64,000 nucleotides of DNA, taken from assembly GCA_951406725.2 (NCBI GenBank), contig OX597828.1, positions 20,894,001 to 20,958,000 on the forward strand, read 5' to 3'. The notes under the pieces were generated by a model. It saw only the letters and a program-made list of their open reading frames with translations. It made no database searches and had not been told where the DNA came from. Source of the DNA: Octopus vulgaris (Eukaryota). Positions 42,005 through 56,091 of the stretch are shown one piece after another (position 1 is the stretch's first letter; each line of letters starts with the position of its first letter). Both the position numbers and the translations under genes were made by a program.

Positions 42005-42186
42005 AGGGATGACCACCACATGGATATCCATTATGCTAGAAGTAGATCTGCTATGGTCTTACAACTTAGAAAGGAATGTCCTCAAGAAAATTTAGCAAAA
42101 TGCCAGAACGTCTAAGTGGTAAGACCAAAGTGGATCTACTTCTAGCATAATGGATGTCCACATAGTGGTCATACCTCTTATATGTA
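41996..42186. repeat. Inverted repeat with ~78-bp arms and ~38-bp spacer
   Basis: acatataagagg.atgaccac...tagaagtagatc...ggtcttac.acttaga versus tctaagtggtaagacc...gatctacttctagcataatgga...gtggtcatacctcttatatgt. Confidence 0.9.
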
Positions 42187-42519
42187 TGTAATATAATTTT
42201 TCTGAAATCTTCAGATATTAATATGCTAGACCACTGGATTTAAATTGATATTAATCAAATTAATATTCAATTTTTCACCCTTATTATTTTAAATTTAAAT
42301 TTATATATATATATATATATATATATTTTGTTCTTTTATTCTTTTACTTATTTCAATAATTTGTCTGTGGCCATGCTGGAGCACCCTTTAGGCAAACATA
42401 TCAACCCCAGGACTTATTCTTTGTAAGCCTAATACTTATTCTATTGGCCTCTTTTGCCAAACTGTGTTGTCAAGCGATGGTGGCGGGGACAAAGAGAGAT
42501 ACACAAACATACACACACA

Positions 42520-42552
<33 letters not shown>

Positions 42553-43107
42553 CATATACATATATATATATATATATACACACACGACTTTCAATTTTCG
42601 TCTATCAAATCCACTCACAAGGTTTTGGTCAGCCTGAGGCTATAGTAGAGGACACTTGCCCAAGGTGCCATGCAGTGGAACTGAACCCAGAACCATGTGG
42701 TTGGTTAGCAAGCTACTTACTACAACAACCACTCCTGCACCTGTGTTTTCGTCTTCTTTCCCATTTACTCTGCTTTCGTCTAACTTTTCTCTTTGTATTC
42801 TTTCTGTTCAACCCTTGATAAATCAACATAACGCAATGCACATCGTTCGTTTCCTTTGTGGTAAAAAAATATTCCATAAATATTCTGGTGCCACTCTGAA
42901 CCCTGACTCCATTCTATATTTTTCTCCATCCTTTCTCTGTCTGTCTCCCTTTCATTTTTGTTCTCTCTCTCTGTGTCTGTCAGCCCTTACTCTATCTTTC
43001 TCTCTTACTCTATCTTTTTCCACCCCCTAATCTTACTCTCTTTTTCTTCATCCTTATCCCCACTTTCCGCCCTCTACCCCCTCTCCCTTTCTTACTACAC
43101 TCCTTCA

Positions 43108-43141
<34 letters not shown>

Positions 43142-44515
43142 GCCATTTCCCCTCTCTTTCTACTTCTGCTCCTTCATTCTATCTCTCTTTCTCTCTCTCT
43201 CTCCCCTTCTTTCCCTCTCTCAACACTTCCTCTTCCATACCATGTGACCAGTGCCCAGATAAAGCAGTGTCATTCTTTTCCAACCTACCATTGACCAGAC
43301 TGGTCACACTCTTGCTACGTCCATGCTGTCCTCTGTTTTCTCTTCACGCAACCCCACTCTGTTTGACAGCTGCAAAGCTCTTTCAGTTGTATTTGTGGTA
43401 TATGTATAATTACTGCTTTTCTCTTCGTTTGTATATAGCCATAAGGCTTTTGGCTGTTATATATGCATAATACATTGTCTGTTGTATTTATATGTCTTGT
43501 TCGTTTCTGTCTTACCACACATTCACAAACTTTTCCCCAGTAGCTTAATAAAAGTACTGGCGCCTGCAAAATTGAGCAGTATCAAAAGTAACTGGTGTGA
43601 AACTGCTATGATATTTTGTATCTTTGACTGAAGAAAACTCAGCAGTGAATATTCTGTGTATGGTGTCATCTAATTTCGGGTCTGTTTAGTTTTTGTCTAC
43701 TTTCCCATTTATTCTGCTTTCGTCTAACTTTTCCCCTGGTTGAATTCTTTCTGTTCAGCCCTTAATATATATACCTATCATCATCATTGGCGTGGGTTGA
43801 CAGTTTGACTGGGCTGGCACGCTGGAAGGCTGCACCACACTCCAGTCTGATTTGGCATGGTTTTCTACGGCTGACACCAACCACTCCAAGAGTGGAATGG
43901 GTGCTTTTACGTACCACTGGCATGGGTGTCATTTGCATCACACACACACACAATAAATATCAAACAATGATAATGAGTACCCAACATAACATTGGTGGAT
44001 AAAATTTCTTTATTTGTGTATTAAGGCTACCATTGGTTTCATGTAAGAAAATTATTAATATCTTAACAATTTTTCAAGCCAGTCACATGGAGGAATGATG
44101 TTCATCTCTTTTTGGCTGTGTAATAAGAAGTTTGTTTTCAGCCAAAGGGTTCTAGGTACAGTCTCGCTGCATGGAATCTTGGGCTACTGTCTTCTACTAT
44201 AGCAGTGGGCTGACCAAAGCCTTGTGAGAGGATCTGGTAGGCAGAAACTAAATGCAATCCATCATATATACACGTGTACGTGTGTGTGTGTTTGAGCTTC
44301 CTTGTGTTGACACCGTGTGATAGTTGTAAAACGAATGTCATTCATTTCCAACATTCCGTGAGAGAACATGTCCGTTCATGGGGGTGGGGTGGGGTGTGAG
44401 GAAATATTAATCTTGCTTGGAAGCAGGTGAGGGTTGGTGAAAGGATGGGCATCCGGCCGTAGAAAATTTGCTTCAATAAACTCCATCTAACCCATGCAAA
44501 TATGGAAAAGTAGAC

Positions 44516-44920
44516 GAGTGGCTGTGTGGTAAGTAGCTTGCTTACCAACCACATGGATCCGGGTTCAGTCCCAGTGCGTGGCACCTTGGGCAAGTGTCTT
44601 CTACTATAGCCTTGGGCTGACCAAAGTCTTGTGAGTGGATTTGGTAGACAGAAACTGAAAGAAGCCCGTCGTATATATGTATATATATATATAAATGTGT
44701 GCGTGTATGTTTGTGTGTCTGTGTTTGTCCCCCTAGCATTGCTTGACAACCGATGCTGGTGTTTGTATGTCCCTGTCACTTAGCGGTTCGGCAAAAGAGA
44801 CCGATAAAATAAGTACTGGGCTTACAAAGAATAAGTCTCGGGGCCGAGTTGCTCGATTAAAGGCGGTGCTCCAGCATGGCCGCAGTCAAATGACTGAGAC
44901 AAGTAAAAGAGTAAAAGAGT
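44516..44920 (+). mobile_element. SINE family A, young-looking near-full-length copy
   Basis: CpG-retaining copy with gtaaaagag tail. Confidence 0.92.
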
Positions 44921-45269
44921 TAGAATGATGGCGATGATGATAAGGATAATATATACATATCATCATTTTAACATCTATTTTTCCATGGTTGCATGGGTCA
45001 GGCAGATTTTCTTCAGATGCCCTTCTTGTCACTAACCTTCATGTTTCAGTGTGTGTGTGTGTGTGTGTGTGCACATGCATTGTGCATATGCGTATGTCTG
45101 CATATAATTGCGTGCCTGTGTGTATGCACATGTGCATGTGTGTATGCACATGTGCATGAGCGTGTCTCTCCTTATTTTGGCATTGCGCAATAGTTGTAAA
45201 CAAGCGTCTTCATCATCCATCGTTCTATCTGACCCATGCAAGCATGAAAAAAAAACCCAGACGTTTTGA

Positions 45270-45311
45270 AGATGATGGTGATGCTGATGGCAGTGATGAT
45301 GGTGACAACGG

Positions 45312-45342
<31 letters not shown>

Positions 45343-46019
45343 GGTGGTGGTGGTGGTGGTGGTGGTGGTGGTGGTGATGTAAGAATTCAAATTAAAATTG
45401 AAAAATATGATACCAATAATAGATAAAATAAGATACAGCAATTTCAACACCACCACCAGCTGCTGCTGCTGTGCAAGAACAACAACAGTAAGAACATCAA
45501 CAACAGTAATAGCAACAACAACAATAGCAACAACAACAAAGCCTATTTCATTCTTTTGTAGTTCAGTCAATAGTTCTTTCTCCATCTCAAGATCACCACC
45601 ACCACCACCACCACAAATACCAGCCCCCACCATCACACTGACAATCACATCATCATCACCACCACCACCACCATTGCTACTACAAACAACCCCCACCTTC
45701 CTATTAACAATCACTTTATTGTCACTACCACCACTACTACCACTACTACAACAACTAAGACAACCCTCTTCCAAACCATCTACCACCACCCGTAGCTGGT
45801 TAATCCCAACATTGTTATCCCCACCACCACTACCACCCCTACTACTACAGAAGCTATAGTAACATCCACCACCTACACAACCACCACCACCACCACCATA
45901 ATCATACCAACAATCACATCATCATCATCATCATCATCCTCACCATCATCACCATCATGGCTAGTATTGCTACAGCAAGTCTCATCTGAATGATTGCCAC
46001 AGCAACCATCAGCAATGCC

Positions 46020-46050
<31 letters not shown>

Positions 46051-46083
46051 AATTGTTAATCAGAGCATCACTATCACCACCAG

Positions 46084-46118
<35 letters not shown>

Positions 46119-46793
46119 GCTTCATCATCGTAGTCATCCCTAATACAATAACCTTCAACCAAATTATCGCCACGGCAACGACTAAACCAATACCATCACC
46201 ACAACCGCCACCATACCACCATCACCACCACCACCACCACTACCACCACAGCTATTATCAAATTGACAATCACAGAATCATCATTATCAGCATCCTTATA
46301 ATCATCACAATCACCACTACTGCAGTCGCCGCCACCATCATACCAAGAGTCACACCATCGTCATCATCATCATCATCAACATGATAAACCATCAGGAAAA
46401 ATACCACCAATTACTACTACTACTACTACTACTACTACTCTCCCTAGGATTCAAATCAAGTAGTGTATCACGACAACCACCACAGCTGCAATAACCTATA
46501 CTACGAACGAACTACAACAACCACTAACCGCCACTACAACACAAACCACTAACAATATCACAACTATTACTACTAATTCTATGACTACTACTACTACTAT
46601 TAGTACTACAACTATGACAGCTGCTGCTGCTACTTCTGGCATTACTATAGTAGCAACACTTCCACCAAGACAGTCTCTCCTATATCTGCTGTGTGGGAGT
46701 TTGCAGTTACTGGGGGGATTCCCCTGTTGTCAGCCACTACCATCCCCGCCCTCATTATCGCCATCACCATCATCGCCATCACTGTCACCCTCG

Positions 46794-46824
<31 letters not shown>

Positions 46825-46858
46825 TACCATCATCGACATCATCATCATCATCATTATC

Positions 46859-46889
<31 letters not shown>

Positions 46890-48290
46890 TCATCATCACC
46901 AACAACACTAGCTCTGCAACCATCACTTTACCACCACCGCCGCCAACCGCCACGACCATCACCACAGCTCAATAATTATCCACTACTGCTACCACCACCA
47001 CCACCATCACTACTACCACCACAACCAACACCAACACTGCCAACATCACCACCATCACCATCAACAACAATCTATCACTACTACAACCACCACCACCACC
47101 ACTATAAACAAAACTACTAACACTCAACCATTAGCATCAACCCTAAACACAACACACTAGTACTGCACCCCAACCAACACACTGCTACCAATACTACTAC
47201 CTCTACTACTATAATCATCATTATCATCATCATCATCATCACCCTGGTCTTAACAAGATCCCTATTATCATTAACCACCACCACCACCATCACCATCACC
47301 ACCACACTATTGCTAAATCAAGACTAGCTTTACTACCCCAACACCTGACCGATATCCCCATCACAACCACCATCATCATCATCATCATCATCAACTGAAG
47401 CTGACCAATACCACCAATGGACCAGTCTGCTACCACCACCACCACCTCTCCACTACTACAACACACCCATGATAAAACTACAACTACCACTGTTTAACTA
47501 CTACCAATACCACAACTGCAGCAACCACTTGACTATTACAAATAAATAAATAAAAAACACCATTGCCACCACTAAATTAGAAATAGCAGCCAAATCTCCC
47601 TCAAATTACACACTGTTCTTGTCTTGGCGGTGCAGTGGATTATGCAGGCATTTACGTATAAAAGCCCTTAAAAGATGGGATGGTCATTCCTGGAACACAT
47701 TTGCCTATGATGCATCTGCTCAGTTGAAGCTGACCTGGGGTTAAATATCAACGACAACAACAAACAAGATCAATAATAACAACCATGAGTGGAAATCAGT
47801 TTATGCCTCTACAAGGGATCCCTGTGCTAGAAATAGCAGCCAAATTCTCGCTCAGGTGATACCCTACTGTCTGACAATAAATGAGATGGTCGTGGCTGGA
47901 ATGCCCTTGATCTTAGAGATAGATCTGTATAGTAGACTTTCGCAAGTATCGGGGTTAAACAATAACAACAGCATCACCTAGCAAAGACCACTATCATTAC
48001 TACTACTACTACTACTACTACTACTACCACATAAACACATAGTCTAGCATAACCACTACTGCAACTACCACCAATGCCGCAATAACCACTACGTACAATC
48101 ATGTGCATCGCCGCCGCCACTACCACCACCTACCACTGCCGAAACTACCAAACTACCGCCACAATGCTAATACTACCACATACACTCAAACCAATGGCAA
48201 ACACCACTACCACTACCGACACCACAACCATCACCGCTAAACAACCCCTACCCACTACAACCATCACCACCACCACCTCCACCACCTTCG
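45270..48290. repeat. Extended trinucleotide low-complexity region (CAT/CAC/CTA)
   Basis: Direct reading; includes (AAC)n-tailed interspersed repeat copies at ~47575-47970. Confidence 0.9.
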
Positions 48291-51200
48291 CCATCACATG
48301 TGTAACAGTGATGGCTTGTTACAGCAGCTCGAGCTTATCTGAGCAGTAACAGCCAGGCGCCCTCTCCAATCATCTCTCTCTCTCTCTCTCTCTGTTTCTC
48401 TCTAACAACAACAACAACAACGACAACAACAATAGCAGCATCAACAAAGCAGTCGGATGATAGTAGCAGTTGTAGTGGTGGTGGTGGCGGTGGTGGTGAT
48501 GATGATGGCGGCGGTGAAGTTGACGACGGCGACGGCGGCAGTTGCGGTGGGGGTTGCAGTGGTGATGATAAGAGGAAACGAGTGGGAAGAAGAGGAGGGA
48601 GGGAGGGAATGGTAGAAGACTGCACTTGCAACAGTTCCATAGATGGATCGATATCAACCTAGAGATTGACGAGGAGGAAAAAAGGTGGAAAAACTACACA
48701 CAAAACACTCGGGCGCAACACGTATACACACACACACACACACATACATACACACACGCAACACAAATGCACACGACACATACATACAAAACACACACTC
48801 ATACACGCACACGAAAGCAACACACACACATATATACACAATACAATACATACGCACAACTCAGACAGCATGCATACACAAGCAACGCGCGTATACGCAC
48901 ACATCCTGCCATACACACACACACACATACATACATACACACATACATACACGGATATCTGCACCAGCACAGACGCATAGATGCAGCACAAATACACGCA
49001 AACACATACAAACACAAACGCACATACATACACAAAGCAGCGTACGTACACATACAAAATCCACAGCACACACATAATACGTGCACAAATACAAGCACAT
49101 ACACACATACACAGACAGAGGCAAACAGCCTCTTGTTCACAGGGATGGCACAATGGTTGATAAGGATAGTATTGTGAAGACAATGGGTTGGCAGTTGCTG
49201 TTGTTGTCGTTGTTGTTGTTGCAGTAGTAGTAGTAGTAGTAGTGTTGGTGGTGGCAGTATTGTCTTTGTTATTGTTTAGCCCCAGGTCAGCCCTGATTGA
49301 GTAGACCTATGATCAAAAGCTTTGCGGGGCCGTGATCATCCCATCATTTGTCGTTCTAGCAGCACATAGATCTACATTAATCAATATATATATATATGTA
49401 TGTATGTATGTATATCCATTCTTTTTTTTTCGCCCACCCAACCATGACGATGGGGGAAAATTTGAAGGAGATTTGGCTGCTGTTTCTAGCAAGTCGAGCA
49501 ACCACCATAGAGATTGCTTGACTCTCTATGAGATTTCCTCCTTGACTTTAAGTCATGGTGGCGGTGGTGATGGCAGTGGTGAACATTTTCGAGGGATGCA
49601 TTTAAGCTATATGCAAGAGACACAGAAACAGCTAGCAACATAGCTATCTGTCTATCTATATATACCAACCTATCTACATCTATCTGTCTATTTTAACGAT
49701 TTGCATCTAATTGCATAGATTAGGAAGACAGACAGTCTAACTGGTAGACAAATGCCTACATAGCGAGCTAAACAGATAAACTGACAGCAAGCTAAACGCA
49801 TAGACAACTAAATAGATAGACAGCTAAATAGATAGATAGACCCCTAAATATATAAAGAGACAGACAATGAGGAATAAGGGACACAGGCAGAAACATGAAT
49901 GAACACGGACAGTAATGTGTGTGTGTGGTGGCATGTGGCCTAGTGGTTAGGGTGCTGTACTCCCAATCGCTAGACCAAGGGTTCAGTTCCCAGGCTGGGT
50001 GGTGGCGTTGTGTTCTTGAGCAAAACGCTTTTGTTTCATGTTGCTCCGGTCGATTCAACCGTGAATGGGTAACCCTGCATTGGACTATCTTTCCGATCGC
50101 GGGTAACGTTGGCCTGGACTCATTCGAAAGCTAAAATGATACAAGTGGGGGGGCTAATATATTCAATGTACGGTAGGGTGAAAAATTGAATAAATAGCTA
50201 GACAGACAAATGAGCAATTATCCAGATAGACAGCTAAATTTCATTGCCCCAAGTCTTAGGTACAGTTAAATAAAACAAAATTGCAACTAACTTAGCAAAT
50301 TGCCACTAGCATGTAGCAGATGTTTCAAGAGAACGTTATTCTGCGTAGGCTGACAACCTATCCAGGGGTGCAGAGACTCTTGAATACTACATCAAGTTAA
50401 AAATACCAAATTTAGAGTTAAGACCAGTCTGTGTTTGAGGACACTTCAGGACTTATCATAAAGACATGTTATACATCACACACAGCTGAGGGTAACATAT
50501 ACAGTTGAAAGCCACTGATTAAGATTATCTTTGGATTAGTAAACAAAAATTCCCATCAAGAATGTTTAGAATATAATAAAAACTAAGGAATATAACTCTA
50601 GTAATATCAACTAATCAAAATTTTTGGAAAGACAATTCAGTTATAAGTGGACTTTTGTCATTAAAGCCAGCAAGTAGGCGAAAGTAGCAAGCATGTTTCA
50701 GCCTTATTGAATCTCATCAGCATTTTAGCATCTACTTTTTCATGCATGCATAGGTCAAATGAGGGTATGTTGGGGCAGAGCGTTCTATGGCTAGATACCC
50801 CACTCCTGTCCCTAGCCTCACCCCCCCCCCACCCCATTTGTTTCCAAGTGGAGTAAAAAAAACCTCCCCAGTCTGCTGAATCTTTCAAACAACAAACAGG
50901 CCAGGCATGTTTATGTAGAGAATTGGAAACAAACCACACCTTATGGACAAGCCTTTTGTTTACTAAGGGACATGCAACATAATAAAGAAGCCCAGATGTG
51001 CTTATGTAATGGACTGCAAGCAATTGACCTTGCTGGGTAAGTCATTGTTTACAATCAGCAGCCACCTCAGTTTCTATTTCCTTCACATGCGTTTACATGT
51101 GAAGATGAGGAAATACGAACTCACGCCCCCCCACACACACACACGTGTATGTGTGTGTGTGGCACACGTGTATGTGCCAGCTCTGTCTGGCACCTGTGCA

Positions 51201-51616
51201 GGTGGCACGTAAAAAGCACCCACTACACTCACGGAGTGGTTGGCGTTAGGAAGGGCATCCAGCCGTAGAAACACTGCCAAATCTGACTGGGCCTGATGAA
51301 GCCTTCCAGCTTCACAGACACCAGTTAAACCGTCCAACCCATGCTAGCATGGAGAACGGACGCTAAATGATGATGATGTGTGTGTGTGTGTGTATGTGTG
51401 TATATATACATATGTATATATATGTGTATATATACACATATATATATGTGTGTATATATATATATGTATATATAAATGTGTATATATATATCATCATCAT
51501 CATCATTTAGCGTCTGCTTTCCATGCTAGCATGGGTTGGACAGGTCAACTGGGGTCTGTGAAGCTGGAAGGCTTCATATATATATACATATATATACAAA
51601 TGTGTGTGTGTGTGTG

Positions 51617-51690
<74 letters not shown>

Positions 51691-52255
51691 AAGGCACATG
51701 GCTTAGTGGTTAGGGGCATTCGGCTCATGATCGTAAGGTCATGAGTTCAATTCCCAGTGATGCATTGTGTCCTTGAGCAAGACACTTTATTTCGTGTTAT
51801 TTGAGTCCACTCAGCTGGCAAAAATGAGTAGTACCTGTATTTCAAAGGGCCAGCCTTGTCACGCTCTGTGTCATGTTGAATCTCTGTGTCACACTGAATC
51901 TACGTTAAGGGTACACGTGTCTGTGGAGTGCTCAGCCACCTGCACGTTAATTTCACGAGCAAGCTGTTCCATTTTATGCATGCATGCACGCACATACGCA
52001 TGCATGCTGGTGCCATATGAATTTATTAACACCTGTTGTGTCTACAGGTGTAGGTTTGCAGCCAATGAGCAACCTTCAAATTTTCTTTTGACAAGGGTTT
52101 TCAACCCAATATATACATGCTATTATCTATAGCTTTATTTATGACAGACAGACAGATTGATATATATATATATATACACAAACACACACACATATACAAT
52201 GTACTTCTTTCAATTTCTCTCAACCAAATCCACACACAAAGCTTTGGTCATTCCA

Positions 52256-52845
52256 GGGCCATATCTAAATAAACGGATGCCACTGGGATCTATTTTCCAG
52301 CAGGACAATTGCCCCATTCATAAGGCTAAGAAAGTTTTGCAATACTTTGAGTGCAATAATATGGTGGTCATTGAGTGGCCTCCACAGAGCCTGGATTTAA
52401 ATCCAATAGAAAATTTATAGAATTATGTTTCTAAAAGAGCTCATGCTAAAAAACCAACAAATTTGTCCCAATTATATAATTTTATTGAAGAAATATGGCA
52501 GAACATTCCAAGTGACTTTTGAACTCATTTGTTGTATTCCATATCCCACCGTTCTAAGGCAGTAAATGAAAATAATGGCTATGGAGCTAGATACTAATAA
52601 TAAATTTTTGCTCATTGATCATTTGTGCAGTATATTTTCAATTTAAGCTTATTTTGCCGACAATTTTTAATCATTTGAATTAATTCCTCATTGATATTAT
52701 TCAAAGTCTGTATCATTTGAAAGAGACAAAAACATTCTACATAAACTGTAAAAAGTAAAATAATAGTTTTATACAGTTTTGTTAAAAATAAATTAATGAA
52801 GGAATAGAACTGTCATCATCGGTTTTAAACTTATTTTGCCCAGTG
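52256..52845 (+). mobile_element. Tc1-family transposon 3' part
   Basis: IFQQDNCPIHKAK...EWPPQSLDLNPIENL*...IWQNIP...GYGARY* (DD34E C-terminal motifs); end cttattttgcccagtg-TA with internal direct repeat cttattttgcc at ~52648. Confidence 0.92.
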
Positions 52846-54194
52846 TATATGTGCATATGTGTGTTCTTCATTTTTTTTTTTTTAGCCATGAAAACTAAGG
52901 CCATGCTACAGCAACACTTTCCGAGTTCAACGTCCTGTGTTGTTTTATTTTCTCTCACCCTCTGTGTCCAGGAATCTAATAACTGTTTTCATTTAGTTTA
53001 TCTCTTATTACTATTTTTTTTTTTTTTTCAATAGAAGTGGCATTTCTATGTTATATCAGCAAATTGGTTTGGTAGCTCATGCTCTGCTTTCATTGTAACC
53101 ATTTGCAGATGATTGATCTGCAGAGAACTCTAGAGAAAAACACATCCAAACACTTTTTTAAATAAAAACCCCCAAGGGTAAAACTTTGATAATATCTGCT
53201 AATCCTTTCCTTTTAGAAGCAGTTGCATAATTTGTAAGCTTTTAAATGCCAAACCATTTCTGTGAAGGTTGCTGATGGTACTAGAGATTGAAGAAGGGAG
53301 TGCTGTAAAATTTGACAGGAGCCACAGTTCTTGTAGTTTTTGTAAGACCAGTTGCTGCTATGCAAGTTGCTGAGGTGAGAATTTCAAGAAGGAAACACAG
53401 GCATCTGATAGAATCTACCATTCCTTTGCTTGCCTTTTTGCAGTCTCTCCAATTAATTGTAGGATTGCATGCATGTCTGCAACAGGACTTGGTAGATGGA
53501 ATCGGAAAAGAAGCCAGTCATATATGTTTATGTTCTTATGTACATAGAATGTATATGTATGTGTGTGTGTGTGAGTGTGTCTAGTCTCTCTGGACCCTCA
53601 TTGGACCCTTAATGAAGTCAGAGGGGTACCAGCATGACATATGACATGGTTCAGGCCCTTTTAGACCTGATGAAATGCATTCTTCACTATGTGTGTGTGT
53701 GAAGGCACATGGCCTAGTGGTTATGTGGTTGCATTCAAGATTGCTAGATTGCGGGTTCAATTCCTCAACTGGGCAACACATTGTGCTATTAAGCAAAGTA
53801 CTTCATTTCACATTGCTCCTGTCTCCCTTTCAATCAGAGGGGATCATTGGCCGGCTTGCCTGGCCAGCAGGGTTACATCATTCAAAGTTCAAAACAATGC
53901 AAAGCGCATTGTGATTAGTGATGTATAAAACAGTCTGGTCAGTCACATAATCACATAATGTATGAATGCATGCAATGTTTTGCATATATAAGTACAGATT
54001 TGTTTCTGTGGTTGGATGCCCATGCACGCGTGTGCACACGCATTTTGTTGGAGTGGAAAACACACCAAAGAATTTTGGGTTCATATCAGTCACACAGTAC
54101 TGTTGCATTTTGTCCCAATTCCATGTCCAAGCCAATTAACACATAACAGTCCTGTCTACTGACAAGTAAAGCTGATCGGGGGCAAAACTAAAGA

Positions 54195-55086
54195 CTGGCC
54201 AAATGTCTCTGGAGTAGCATTATTTGACCGAATGCGAAGCTTGATGATCAGGGAGTCTCTCCACGTCGAGCCATTACTTCTTGGCATTGAGAGATCACAA
54301 TTCTGGTGCTATAGACATGTCATCATCATCATTGTTCAACCATGGTCGAGACAATGGAATTTACTATGCTACACCAGACTTCACGGTCCATCATAGCATT
54401 ACGGAGGTCTTGTTGCTGGATGCCTGTATCCCTGGAGATTATATCAGGATAGGAAGGTGTGCGCCCTCTGGTATCGCGAGTAGATGGCTTCCAGAGGAGA
54501 AGAGTAGAAAATGCCTCGCTTTCAGCTCTACAACAATGTCCAGCAAACTGGACTCTCCTACCTTTCACAAGAGATGACACAGGTGGTAGTTTCCCATATA
54601 TTTGCATTTTGGTTGGATGAAGCTTCCATGAGAGATTTTGAGTTCTCATAAGGAGGCGAGTGTAAGACATGTGGAGAGGATGCCATGGGAATGGATTGCA
54701 AGATAGATTCTTCAAGCTGAACCAACCATCAGGAAACTTAGGAGTAGACCACAAGCGAGATCATCATCATCATCATCATCATTTAATATCTGCTTTCCAT
54801 GCTGGCATGGGTTGGATGGTTTGACTGGAATTGGTAAGCTGGATAACTGCACCAGGTTCCAGTCTGGTTTGGCATGGTTTCTATGGCTGGATGTCCTTCC
54901 TAATGCTAACCATTCCAAGAGTGGTTGGATAGAATCCATAGTCTCAGATGGCCACGCTTGGAAATCCAGTGGCAAAATGTAATGGTGGCTGCTTCTGATA
55001 GGACCCTAAGGGGGTGGGGCCTGAGGTCTCTACCCTCAACAACCTTCACAGAAATAGTGGACGGCAAAAATGGATGGATGGATGGA
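54195..55086 (+). mobile_element. Rex3/Expander-like RTE LINE 3' end, interrupted by two younger insertions
   Basis: Rejoined translation SGVALFDRMRSLMIRESLHVEPLLLGIERSQFWCYRHVERMP...ILQAEPTIRKLRSRPQAR; tail aaaatggatggatggatgg. Confidence 0.8.
54321..54664 (-). mobile_element. 5'-truncated RTE-like LINE with 8-bp TSD AGACATGT
   Basis: YTRLLMRTQNLSWKLHPTKMQIYGKLPPVSSLVKGRRVQFAGHC...LLWKP..RGR...AMMDREVW; (TGA)n tail; agacatgt at 54313-54320 and 54665-54672. Confidence 0.9.
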
Positions 55087-55289
55087 ATTTTGATAAAGAC
55101 TGGATTCTTCAAGAGTTGATTGACTTAATCAATGGGAACAGGAGACCCTGAAAAATACACAAGCCTGTGAAAGTGCCACCATGTGGTCAATGGATCTTCT
55201 GGGGTGGAAGAAAAAAAGCAGCTAAGTCTCCCTCAAATTACACCCTACTGATTTGATATATGAAGAGACACACAGAATAATGTAGTAGA

Positions 55290-55530
55290 GGTAGAGTTAC
55301 CTTCTCAAGTCATGCTAACTAGTAAGGGCCGGTTTCCATGGTGTGTAAATAATCCACCTGGATGGGACGCCAGTCCATCACAGGATTACTCACTTTTGCT
55401 AACTGAGTGGACTGGAGCAATGTGAAATGAAGTGTTTTGCTCAAGAAAATGTTTTGCCCGGTCCAGGAATTGAAACCACAATCTTATGATCATGAGTTAA
55501 CACCCTTCACCACTAAGCCATGCGCCTCCA
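55290..55530 (-). mobile_element. tRNA-derived SINE (family G) inserted in an (AAC)n-tailed repeat
   Basis: Head ggaggcgcatggcttagtgg on the minus strand; related to 41268-41520 and 8205-8420; flanks ataatgtagta / ataatttagta (probable TSD). Confidence 0.8.
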
Positions 55531-55671
55531 TGATAATTTAGTACTAGACATGCAATGCCCAAAATTACGACATGACAGTCACTATAGAGTGCTTTTGATC
55601 ATAGATCTGTTCACTCGGGGATTACTTAGGGTTGAATAAACAATGACAACAACAACAACAACAACACAAGT

Positions 55672-56038
55672 ACAAGAGCAGTCAGAGAGCACAAAGCTCT
55701 GCCAAGGCAACACCAGCATCCTTTCAACGAATAGCCAGAGATGATTTTTAAAATGAGAATATTTGAAAGAAACTCAACTGCTCTCACAAGCGAGAATACT
55801 AAAAATGAACCTAACCGCTCTCAAAACTTAAGTAAAAAAAAACAGGAAAAATAATCCAGAATCCTTGTCTGGTACAGGATCAATCCCCAAATCTAATCAT
55901 TTTGTGCCAGTTACAAGGCCAAACATCCCTGGAAGTTTCATCCGAATCCACTCAGCGATTCTTAAGATATCTTGTCCATGGACAAACAAACATGACTGAA
56001 AACAATACCTCCACTTTCACTAAGGTGGAGGCAATAAT
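55672..56038. mobile_element. Helentron-associated (HINE-like) non-autonomous element
   Basis: acaagagca..cagagagc start, (ACAA) tetramers near the end, terminal hairpin cctccac...gtggagg then aataat. Confidence 0.5.
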
Positions 56039-56091
56039 GGAATACGTGTTACGTATTAGAGAAAACTGCTGCATCAACATCTGCATTGTAT

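Noticed and set aside
50685-50725. CUGAUGA...GAAA on the minus strand
   Set aside because: Stems I-III do not pair convincingly; may be chance or too decayed.
54665-54754. N-terminal part of the 141-aa ORF at 54329-54754
   Set aside because: Lies outside the TSD and belongs to the opposite-strand host LINE, so the ORF is a chance fusion.
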